From Bdellovibrionales bacterium (GTDB lineage: Bacteria > Bdellovibrionota > Bdellovibrionia > Bdellovibrionales > UBA1609): a stretch of 64,000 nt of DNA. How positions within the stretch are numbered: position 1 is the stretch's first letter; each line of letters starts with the position of its first letter. Where the stretch lies: the NCBI GenBank assembly GCA_963692945.1, contig OY843585.1, positions 543,664 through 607,663 on the forward strand. The letters run 5' to 3'. The notes beneath the pieces were generated by a model. That model did not search any database, had not been told where the DNA came from, and worked only from the letters and a program-made list of their open reading frames with translations. This document shows positions 9,770 to 18,400 of the stretch, in pieces. The position numbers and the translations under genes are program-made.

Positions 9770-9778
9770 TGGTATTAT
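9770..9778 (+). promoter_or_regulatory. Possible extended -10 element (TGgTATTAT) for ssrA
   Basis: The TGnTATTAT motif ends 12 nt upstream of the tmRNA 5' GGGG. Confidence 0.3.
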
Positions 9779-9790
9779 AGGTTGATTTTG

Positions 9791-10137
9791 GGGGTGTATT
9801 GGCTTCGACGTGGGTCATGACGCTTTTGGGAGCATGTAGAGGTTGCACAAGGTCCTCTTTAAAAATGTGTGTTTTTTAAACGGCAATTCTGTTGCCTTTG
9901 CTGCCTAATTTAGTGTAGCCGTTGAACCAAATTTTGGTGATGGATTTGGGGAAGCGACGCTTTTATCACCTCGGTCTTTCATTTTGTCTCAGGGTTAAAG
10001 ACTTAAATTTATGAGAAAACAATCAATAGAACTTTGTTCTTGGAGGTCTATTGATTTAATAAAACAAGAAACAAACATGTAGTTGCCTGAAAGAAGATTT
10101 CTTGCGGACATGGGTTCAATTCCCATCACCTCCACCA
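9791..10137 (+). ncRNA. ssrA: tmRNA (SsrA)
   Basis: 5' GGGGTGTATTGGCTTCGACG and a tRNA-like 3' end GGGTTCAATTCCCATCACCTCCACCA. The internal tag frame ends NGNSVAFAA-TAA (nt 9879-9908). Confidence 0.9.
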
Positions 10138-10142
10138 TTTTT

Positions 10143-10298
10143 AAAACTCTAGTTCTAAAAAGTATTTCCTACTCTTAATTTTAACGAGCTTTTCATCGTA
10201 AGAGGGACACTCTTCAAATCTCGTTAAAATTAAGAGTTGCTTAACAGGCTTATATTTGAACTAGAGAAAAACTCCGTTTTTTTGCAACTAGAGTTTTG
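10143..10298. repeat. Copy B (most complete) of the TIR-bounded modular repeat, immediately 3' of ssrA
   Basis: Bounded by AAAACTCTAGTTC ... CAACTAGAGTTTTG. Contains a 17-bp-stem hairpin (10172-10188 / 10220-10236), a linker and an S-module variant. Confidence 0.9.
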
Positions 10299-10344
10299 TT
10301 ATTTAGGATTAAAGATTGTATTTTCTTTTTCCGATAGAATAGAT

Positions 10345-10893
10345 ATGGGATATTTATCTCCTTTTTTAATAATTCTGATTGTAGTGTTTTCTCCCTTTAC
10401 TTTTTCTATGACTTTAGGGGATGTGACAGCCGCTACAGCTATCCAAAACACTTTAAATAGTACAGCAGCTCCTTCCTATGGAAAAGTGCTTGATAAAGTG
10501 AAAACGGATCTAAAAAAAGCTGAAGAGGTAGAAAGGAAAAAACAAGCTGAATTAAAAGATTTGAATCTACATCCAGAATCAACAACAAAACCATTAGCAG
10601 AGGACAGAAATAATATTCAATCGGAGGATTCATTAGATTTTAAAAATGATCCTCATTTAGAAAATTTGAGTCGCAATGAATTAGACGAAAGATTTGATGA
10701 TGGTGGTGTTGAAATCAATGTAGATAAAATAATGGATTACACCAAAAAAACAGTTATTTTTTATAAGGGTAATTGTGAAAATAAAGATGGAAGAACTCCG
10801 AGTTCAACCTGTAGTCCAATGCCTGTTTTGACAAATATCAAAAGTGTTATTTTCAACTATGCTCATAAACGTGGTGAGTTCAAAAAAAAGTGA
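10345..10893 (+). CDS. Hypothetical secreted protein
   Basis: The ORF-track start (10237) lies inside the repeat element. The internal ATG at 10345 begins a signal-like MGYLSPFLIILIVVFSPFTFS. No clear RBS. Confidence 0.4.
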   Translation: MGYLSPFLIILIVVFSPFTFSMTLGDVTAATAIQNTLNSTAAPSYGKVLDKVKTDLKKAEEVERKKQAELKDLNLHPESTTKPLAEDRNNIQSEDSLDFKNDPHLENLSRNELDERFDDGGVEINVDKIMDYTKKTVIFYKGNCENKDGRTPSSTCSPMPVLTNIKSVIFNYAHKRGEFKKK

Positions 10894-11101
10894 ACGGATT
10901 TATTCTTTAAAAGTCCTTAGTATCTATTAAAATGAAATATTGAAGTATTACACAAGTGTCCTTTCATTTTTCTAACTTGTTTTTCGTTTATAAGTTTTTG
11001 TTTTTAAAATTTTTTCGTTGAATGGTATAAAAGTTCACTTCCTTACACGGCTGAATAAGGTTGCTTTTTAATAGCTTTTATATTAACTAGATATGTAATT
11101 T

Positions 11102-11177
11102 GCGGGAGTAGCTCAATTGGTAGAGTATCAGCCTTCCAAGCTGAGGGTTGCGGGTTCGAAGCCCGTCTCCCGCTCCA
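11102..11177 (+). tRNA. tRNA-Gly (anticodon UCC)
   Basis: Cloverleaf read by eye: acceptor GCGGGAG, anticodon stem TCAGC/GCTGA, loop CTTCCAA, T-loop GGTTCGAA, encoded CCA. Confidence 0.95.
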
Positions 11178-11182
11178 TTTTA

Positions 11183-11697
11183 CAAAACTCTCGTTCATTT
11201 CTAATACCCTTTTCTTTTTAGGAGATTTTCGTCGTAGGAGGGATACTCCTCAAACACCTAAAAAGAAAAGGATTCTTATTATTTGAACTAGAGAAAACCT
11301 ACTGGTTTTCGCATTCTGGTTTTCGCATGAGGGGCTTTGTTCTTCAAATCTCGTTAAAATAAGAGTTGCTTAACAGGATTATATTGAACTAGAGAAAACC
11401 TACTGGTTTTCGCATGAGTGAACTAGAGAAAAACTGCTGGTTTTTGCATATAAGTCTTTATTGTTTGAACTAGAGAAAACCTACTGGTTTTCGCATGAGG
11501 GGCTTTGTTTTTCAGATCTCGTTAAAATAAGAGTTGCTTAACAGGATTATATTGAACTAGAGAAAAACTGCTGTTTTTCGCATATAAGTCTTTATTGTTT
11601 GAACTAGAGTTTTGGAAATGGAATTAGAGAAAACCTACTGGTTTTTGCATGAGTGAACTAGAGAAAACCTACTGGTTTTTGCATACTGGTTTTCGCA
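11183..11697. repeat. Compound array of the modular repeat (H2 hairpin, H1 half-copies, seven S-modules)
   Basis: Full S-modules (GAACTAGAGAAAACCTACTGGTTTTCGCAT or close variants) start at 11285, 11386, 11420, 11467, 11554, 11621 and 11655. The H2 hairpin arms are at 11208-11222 and 11257-11271. Confidence 0.9.
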
Positions 11698-11715
11698 AAG
11701 GAAATTCTAAACAAT

Positions 11716-12342
11716 TTATTTTGTGCCATCATGTTTATGTTGAAGATCTTTTCTTTGATCTATAGACCATACATCTAATCGACCTCCACCTAAATCTGCA
11801 CAAGCTAAAGCGGTGTATTGTTTGTATTTACCACTTGTTAGTTTAACTTTTGCTTTCAAGCTTCCAGTGATACAAGCTCCACTTAAGTTTTTAACAGCTG
11901 TGTTTTTAGTAGAATTATTAGATTCTTTTAAAAAACATTCAGTACTACTTCCTGAAGCAAAATCTTTACCACAAACTTCAAAGGTGTTGGAATTGCCTGT
12001 ACCATTAGCAGTTCCTCCTATTGCACAATCTGGAATCCCAGATGTAGGACAACTCGTTCCTCCATCAATAGGGCTTTTGTCAAAACCTACATTGTAAATG
12101 TATTTTCCTACGAGGTCTAAATTGATGGCCTCTAAATTATAATGATAGTTATTGTTATCTATATAAAAAATTCTCTCATTGCCATACAAATTGGAGAGCA
12201 ATATTTTGGCTTCTGTTGTTTTTCCTTGTCTTTTTGTTTTCATAAAACTGATAACAGCCATAGAAGAAAGAATGGCTATGATACTTACCACAGTAAGTAG
12301 TTCAATGAGAGAGAAACCTTTGGACTTGTTGATAGAATACAT
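11716..12342 (-). CDS. Type IV pilin-like protein
   Basis: N-terminus MYSINKSKG|FSLIELLTVVSIIAILSS: prepilin cleavage motif with Glu+5. C-terminal Cys residues are available for a disulfide loop. Confidence 0.85.
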   Translation of the reverse strand: MYSINKSKGFSLIELLTVVSIIAILSSMAVISFMKTKRQGKTTEAKILLSNLYGNERIFYIDNNNYHYNLEAINLDLVGKYIYNVGFDKSPIDGGTSCPTSGIPDCAIGGTANGTGNSNTFEVCGKDFASGSSTECFLKESNNSTKNTAVKNLSGACITGSLKAKVKLTSGKYKQYTALACADLGGGRLDVWSIDQRKDLQHKHDGTK

Positions 12343-12440
12343 CTTATCTTTTTATAGCATTATTTTGTTATGTTTTATCTATTTATTTTTTTATACTCAA
12401 CATCCGTCCTAATTTTTTGTTAGTGATTGATAGCTAGGTT

Positions 12441-13811
12441 TTATAATTTTTGTTTTCCTTTCATTCTTTGAAAGAGTTTCTTTATAAAACCTTGTTTTTC
12501 AGAGTTAGATTTAATGTGAGCAGTCTCGGCATTGACAACAAGACTCTTCTTTGTTGCTTTAGGTTTAGAAATCACTTTCACTCTATTTTCAGGAATAGGA
12601 GTGAACCACATATCAATAACATGTCCTTTTTGTTCAACTCCCTTCTTGTTCACAAAAATAAAATTAGACTTTTCAATCTCTTTTGCTCTTTTACCATATT
12701 CCACCTGAGAACTTTCATAATCTAAAGAGATTTGTTTGATTTTTTGATTTAAAGGAATTTGTTCGGTTTTTTCTCCCACTCCGTTTCTATTGACATCTTT
12801 CCATAAAACCAGTTGAGAAAAAACTTTATCTTTAGCATTGATTTGATTGTCTTTATTAGAGTCAAAATCTTTTAAAGATTCAAATCCATTTTCGTAAACA
12901 GTGTCTAAGCCTGTATTTCCAAATAACTCATAAGCCTCTGTTATTTTTCCATCTTTATTTTGATCTAAAGCTATAAAATAACCAGGGGAGTCTTTCTCCG
13001 GCCATGTGACATAGCGATTGTTTTCCATAAGAGGAAAAGTACTTAACCCTGTAAAGAGAGGTCTTTGTTGATTAAAGAAAACCATTAGAGGAGAGGTGTA
13101 GTATCTACAACCCGAAGCACTGCTTGTTGTTTTTATAGGAATGGATAAACCGATGGTAACGCTACCTGCTCTGGAAGTAAGGTCATCAAGGTTAGGGGAG
13201 TAAGATACACCTAGATGTCCTTTTTTACCCCAAGTCGTCCAAAGACTCAAAGCCGATACTGCATCACCTCTTCGTTGCCTAACTTCTACAGACCTAGTTT
13301 TATCTCTTCGTTCTATACGGGCACTTGGAACAAACTGTACAGTTATATGGTTTCTATCTCCAGAAGCTCGGTAATTTCCAGTCGCTAATACACTAGCCGT
13401 TGCTCTGTAATTGTCAGTCCAAGCTGCAGAAGCGATTTCATAAACTTTAGTTGCACGACTGTCACTAATAGTCTTGCTTATTCTTGAATGAACAAGTGCA
13501 GAAGGGAATTCAAAAACAATATATTTTTTATTATCGGCAGAATCAACAACTGGCATTCCAATAACAATATGAGTTGATCTATCAAGATTAAGAGGTGATC
13601 CTCCCCATCTTGAGTTTGTAGATATACATATAGCGGAGATACTTGTTGTTACTTTATGGTCTATAAAAACCTTTTTATCTTCTGGTGGTTCAGGAATATC
13701 AGCAGTGCTTGCTACACCTCCCCAATCTCCTCCTGTGCTTGTCTGGATGCTCACTGCAGAAAAAGCGTTTATTGAAGTAACACTCAAAAATAAAATAATA
13801 ATTTTTTTCAT
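12441..13811 (-). CDS. Secreted protein with EF-hand-like calcium-binding loops
   Basis: Signal peptide MKKIIILFLSVTSINAFSA. Calcium-loop candidates DQNKDGKITEAYE, DSNKDNQINAKD and DVNRNGVGEKTE in the C-terminal third. Confidence 0.6.
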   Translation of the reverse strand: MKKIIILFLSVTSINAFSAVSIQTSTGGDWGGVASTADIPEPPEDKKVFIDHKVTTSISAICISTNSRWGGSPLNLDRSTHIVIGMPVVDSADNKKYIVFEFPSALVHSRISKTISDSRATKVYEIASAAWTDNYRATASVLATGNYRASGDRNHITVQFVPSARIERRDKTRSVEVRQRRGDAVSALSLWTTWGKKGHLGVSYSPNLDDLTSRAGSVTIGLSIPIKTTSSASGCRYYTSPLMVFFNQQRPLFTGLSTFPLMENNRYVTWPEKDSPGYFIALDQNKDGKITEAYELFGNTGLDTVYENGFESLKDFDSNKDNQINAKDKVFSQLVLWKDVNRNGVGEKTEQIPLNQKIKQISLDYESSQVEYGKRAKEIEKSNFIFVNKKGVEQKGHVIDMWFTPIPENRVKVISKPKATKKSLVVNAETAHIKSNSEKQGFIKKLFQRMKGKQKL

Positions 13812-13923
13812 TATAAGCTCCTTTATTAATTTCTATTTATCAAGTTTAATTCTATAGTATTTTTTTGTTTTTTAAAAATTATTTGAACTTTTTATCTTAA
13901 AACTGTCTCAAGATGATACACAA

Positions 13924-13979
13924 CAAAACTCTAGTTCAATATAATAAGAAAAGGGTATTAGAAATGAACTAGAGTTTTG
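13924..13979. repeat. Copy D: minimal TIR-bounded element (56 bp)
   Basis: CAAAACTCTAGTTC and GAACTAGAGTTTTG flank a 28-bp core and abut the stop of the upstream pilin-like gene. Confidence 0.85.
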
Positions 13980-14951
13980 TTAAGGGAGGAACTCAAAAGA
14001 GATTTTGATTTGAGTGTTGGTCACATCGGTTCTTTTAAATTTCATATGTTTCATATTATTTGCAAATAAAAAGCCATTGCTTTGATCGCAATTTAAAGAT
14101 GTATTTTTATCTTTTACTATGCAGTGGTAAATGTCATTATCTTTCATGGAATAGATAGAGATATGAATAATTCCAGCAAGAACCACATCCTGACCTCCAA
14201 TAAGATGAGAGTTCAAAACAAAATCTTTTATGTTTCCATAACTGGTTCCTCCAACGGCAGGGTTTAAAAAATTAAAATGAGACCCCATTCTGGTGTATTT
14301 TGTTACTGAAGGAGTATCGCTATGATGTCTTACTTTAGGGCAACTTGAAGTGTGATTCTTTGTTCCCATATAACCTAGAAAAGCAGGTTTTCTTGGAAAA
14401 TCATTCATATTTAAAGGACGAGCGTTTCTTAAAAAAGCAGGAATATATAAAAGCACAAGTCCATTGTTTTTCCATAAATAGTTTAGTTCTTGTCTTAAAT
14501 AACAATCATTAAAATAAGCATCATTCGGAGTTACGGTATTGATGAGGTCATCATAGTAATAATTAAAAAATTCCATAATATTGACACGTTTTACATTTTT
14601 AATGGATAGAAATAAAAACTTCTTGTTATTTTCTAAAGTAAAAATTCTATTTTTATGGGTTAAGCTGAAGGAGTGATAATCTGGTAATACATCAAAAAAG
14701 TTTTTATTATTATCATCTTTAACATTTAAAATGCCATAAGAGACGGCTATATTTTCAAGAGAGGTGTATAAAAATTTATTCAACCATTCTTCAGTGATTT
14801 TTTTATCCGCTTTTTTCTCAATATTCTTACCTTCTTTTGTTACCAATTGTAAAATGGATACAGAACCTAAAGTTACAAAAGCGAACATAGCAGCTGCAAC
14901 TATAAGTTCTACAATAGAAAAACCTTTATTTTTTTGTATAGATAATTTCAT
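13980..14951 (-). CDS. Minor-pilin-like protein (PilW-sized)
   Basis: N-terminus MKLSIQKNKG|FSIVELIVAAAMFAFV with Glu+5. 323 aa. Confidence 0.7.
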   Translation of the reverse strand: MKLSIQKNKGFSIVELIVAAAMFAFVTLGSVSILQLVTKEGKNIEKKADKKITEEWLNKFLYTSLENIAVSYGILNVKDDNNKNFFDVLPDYHSFSLTHKNRIFTLENNKKFLFLSIKNVKRVNIMEFFNYYYDDLINTVTPNDAYFNDCYLRQELNYLWKNNGLVLLYIPAFLRNARPLNMNDFPRKPAFLGYMGTKNHTSSCPKVRHHSDTPSVTKYTRMGSHFNFLNPAVGGTSYGNIKDFVLNSHLIGGQDVVLAGIIHISIYSMKDNDIYHCIVKDKNTSLNCDQSNGFLFANNMKHMKFKRTDVTNTQIKISFEFLP

Positions 14952-14971
14952 TTTTTAAATCCCACCTGTTT

Positions 14972-15487
14972 TTAATTTAAAGGAAGAAGCATTTTTAAAT
15001 CCAAGAAAGCTTTATAAGAGTAAGAGTTTGGAGTACTTCCTGTTTGTCTTTCAATGCCTACAATCCAAATTTTAAAAAGACCTCGTGTATTTGAAAGAGG
15101 TATGAGTGACAGCCCTATGCGACTTTCACAATGAGGGCAGTCCTCTGCTTTTATAATATCTCCCTTAGAATCTATGGCAAAAGCCAAAACATCAAAAACA
15201 GCTGGATTGGCTGATATATGGGATTGCTCTGTATTTGCAATACCTGCAAAACCACTTTTTCCAGGAGGATAAAATTGATAATTGTTAGAATGAGATAGAA
15301 GAGATTGCACAATATAAGCTGCACTTTTAGAAGCTAAAGAAGCATCGGAAACATCTTCTATTTGTTTTGTGACTCCTGATAGAAAACTGATAAGAGCTGT
15401 AAAAATAGTTAAAACAATAGCAGAGCTGATTAAGATTTCTACTATACCTACACCTTTGTTATTTTTTAGAAATTGAACAAACATCAA
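14972..15487 (-). CDS. Minor-pilin-like protein (PilV-sized)
   Basis: N-terminus ...LKNNKG|VGIVEILISSAIVLTIF with Glu+5. Its start overlaps the upstream stop (ATGA). Confidence 0.7.
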   Translation of the reverse strand: MMFVQFLKNNKGVGIVEILISSAIVLTIFTALISFLSGVTKQIEDVSDASLASKSAAYIVQSLLSHSNNYQFYPPGKSGFAGIANTEQSHISANPAVFDVLAFAIDSKGDIIKAEDCPHCESRIGLSLIPLSNTRGLFKIWIVGIERQTGSTPNSYSYKAFLDLKMLLPLN

Positions 15488-18400
15488 TTTAGAGTTCCTT
15501 TCTTTAAAATAGGCCGACTTATAAATTTTCTTATATAAAATTTACAACTTACTCTTCTACTATTTTCATCTATGTGAGCACAATCTGGATCTACCGAAGT
15601 CCAAGTGAAAGGGTCTGCTTCTTTCATTAAACCAACAGGATTACAACTAAGAGAGGTTGCTCGGTTTTCAGGGTGAATGGGATTGCCAAGAAAGTTTTTA
15701 TTATTATTACAATCTGATTTTGAAAGTGTTGTGTCTGTTCCGACTACATATTCATCACCTTTTGTTAAAATTTTCTGATCTCTTAATTCATAAAGAGCTT
15801 GAGCTTGCCAAATACTACCCCAAGTGACTCCATGTTGAAGGGCGGTTTTATGCACATTCAGTTGAGAGCTTATAACTGTCCCTATGATACGAAGAGGAGT
15901 GGTTCTTTGTTCTATAGTGAATTTATCACAAACAAAGAAACCCGTCACAAAATCAGCCGTGCTTTTAACTATGCAATGACCAAAGAGAGCCTTATTTTGA
16001 AATCTAAAATTTACACCAGAGCGAGTTGCATTTTTATCATCAAGTATGAAAAGGCTTTTGTCAGTCCCTCTGTCTGTAAAATCCCAAGAGCTTCTAGTGA
16101 AAGGACTTAAATCAAAAAACCAATCTAAGCTGCCTATAAAATTTTCTGGATCTTCAGTAGGGCAATGTTCGGATGTTATAAGTAAAGGAGTTGTTGAACG
16201 GTTGAGATCACTCGGGTCTTTAGCGAGCTGTCCTTTATTATTCTGTCCCCAGCAGTAGAGTTTAGCTTTATTATCAGTGGGTAGGACTTGAATGGCACAG
16301 GTGTGGGAATATCCAGTTGAGACCTGTTTAATGTTTTGGTTTTGAAAAGCATTTGTTGTTTCCGTTCCATTTTTAACGAGTTTGGGTTTTTTGCGAGGAC
16401 TTGTAGTGGTGCCATCTCCGATCTGTCCATAGAAATTATGTCCCCAGCAGTAAAGTTTGCCTGCTTGAATGGCACAGGTGTGGAATCTTCCAGTTGAGAC
16501 TGATGTGACATTTTGATTTTGAAAAGCACCTGAAACGGATGAAACGAGTTTGGGTTTTTTGCGATTATTTGTGTTGCCAGTGGTGCCATCTCCGATCTGT
16601 CCTTGGTTATTCCGTCCCCAGCAGTAAAGTTTTCCAGCTTGAATGGCACAGGTGTGGAAATCTCCAGTTGAGACTGATGTGACATTTTGATTTTGAAAAG
16701 CACCTGAAACGGATGAAACGAGTTTGGGTTTTTTGCGATTATTTATGCTGTCATAGGTACCATCTCCGATCTGTCCATAGAGATTATCTCCCCAGCAATA
16801 AAGTTTTTGGTTTTGGATGGCACAAGTGTGGTCAAGTCCAGTTGAGACCGATTGGACGTTTTGGTTTTGAAAAGGATTGGTTGTTTCCGTTCCATTTAAA
16901 ATGAGTGTGGGGCTTGCGCGACGATCTGTAGTGCCATCTCCGATCTGTCCATGGTTATTCTGTCCCCAGCAGTAAAGTTTTTGGTTTTGAATGGCACAGG
17001 TGTGGGAACCTCCAGTTGAGACCTGTTTAATGTTTTGGTTTTGAAAACCACTTGAACGGGATCGCAAGAAGTAGGGTCTTAGTGTTGGGATAGGAGTTAA
17101 GCGGCCATCTCCGATCTGTCCATGGTTATTCTGTCCCCAGCAGTAAAGTTTTTGGTTTTGAATGGCACAGGTGTGGGAACCTCCAGTTGAGACCTGTGTT
17201 ATGTTTTTTTCTGGAAAAAAGTTTTTTTCTACATTTAATAAATGTACATCATCTGTGTTACCAATTCCTAATTGCCCTGAAGCATTATATCCCCAACATA
17301 TATTTTTAGATACACTATTACCATCATCATCATATGCAATGCTAAAACAAGTATGATTTGCTCCTGTATCAAAAACATAAGTGGAACTTGGAAATGTAAC
17401 TTTCACAGCTTTCTTTTTATTATCTGTGGTGCCATCTCCGAGTTGTCCCGAGCCATTCCGTCCCCAGCAGTAAAGTTTTTGGTTTTGAATGGCACAGGTG
17501 TGGTGATATCCAGTTGAGACTGATGTGACATTTTGATTTTGAAAAGCACCTGAAACGGATAAAACGAGTTTGGGTTTGTTGCGATTATTTGTGTTGCCAG
17601 TGGTGCCATCTCCGAGTTGTCCGTAGTTATTCCGTCCCCAGCAGTAAAGTTTTTGGTTTTGGATGGCACAGGTGTGGTTACCTCCAGTTGAGACCGAATC
17701 CATTTGGATATTTTGGTTTTGAAAAGCATTTGTTGTTTCCGTGCCATCTGCAACGAGTTTGGGTTTGTTGCGATTATTTGTGTTGCCAGTGGTGCCATCT
17801 CCGAGTTGTCCGTAGTTATTCCGTCCCCAGCAGTAAAGTTTTTGGTTTTGAATGGCACAGGTGTGGTGATATCCAGTTGAGACTGATGTGACATTTTGAT
17901 TTTGAAAAGCATTTGTTGTTTCCGTGTCATTTGCAACGAGGGTGGGTGTGCGATGATTAAATGTGTAGCCAGTGGTGCCATCTCCGAGTTGTCCATAGGT
18001 ATTATCTCCCCAGCAGTAAAGTCTTCCAGCTTGAATGGCACAGGTGTTGTTAACTCCAGTTGAGACTTTTGTTACGTTTTGGTTTTGAAAAGCATTTGTT
18101 GTTTCCGTGCCATCTGCAACGAGTTTGGGTTTTGTGTGTTGATTTACTGTGTTGCCATCTCCGAGTCTTCCATAGTTATTTTTTCCCCAGCAGTAAAGTC
18201 TTCCAGCTTGAATGGCACAGGTGTAGTCACTTCCAGCTGAGACTTTTGTTACGTTTTGGTTTTCAAAAGCATTGGTTCCTCCTGTTGTGCCATCTGCAAC
18301 AAGTGTGGGTTTGTTGCGATAATTTGTGCTGCCATAGGTACCATCTCCGATCTGTCCATATTCATTACGTCCCCAGCAGTAAAGTCTTCCAGCTTGAATG

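Noticed and set aside
10237-10344. The first 36 codons of track ORF 10237-10893
   Set aside because: This part reads through the interspersed repeat element (copy B). The signal-peptide-like sequence begins at the internal ATG at 10345.
11285-11697. Possible CRISPR array (a 30-nt repeat recurring seven times)
   Set aside because: The 'spacers' are 4, 17 or 57-71 nt long and are themselves repeated. The repeat belongs to a family dispersed at six other loci. No cas genes are nearby. It is a compound interspersed-repeat array.
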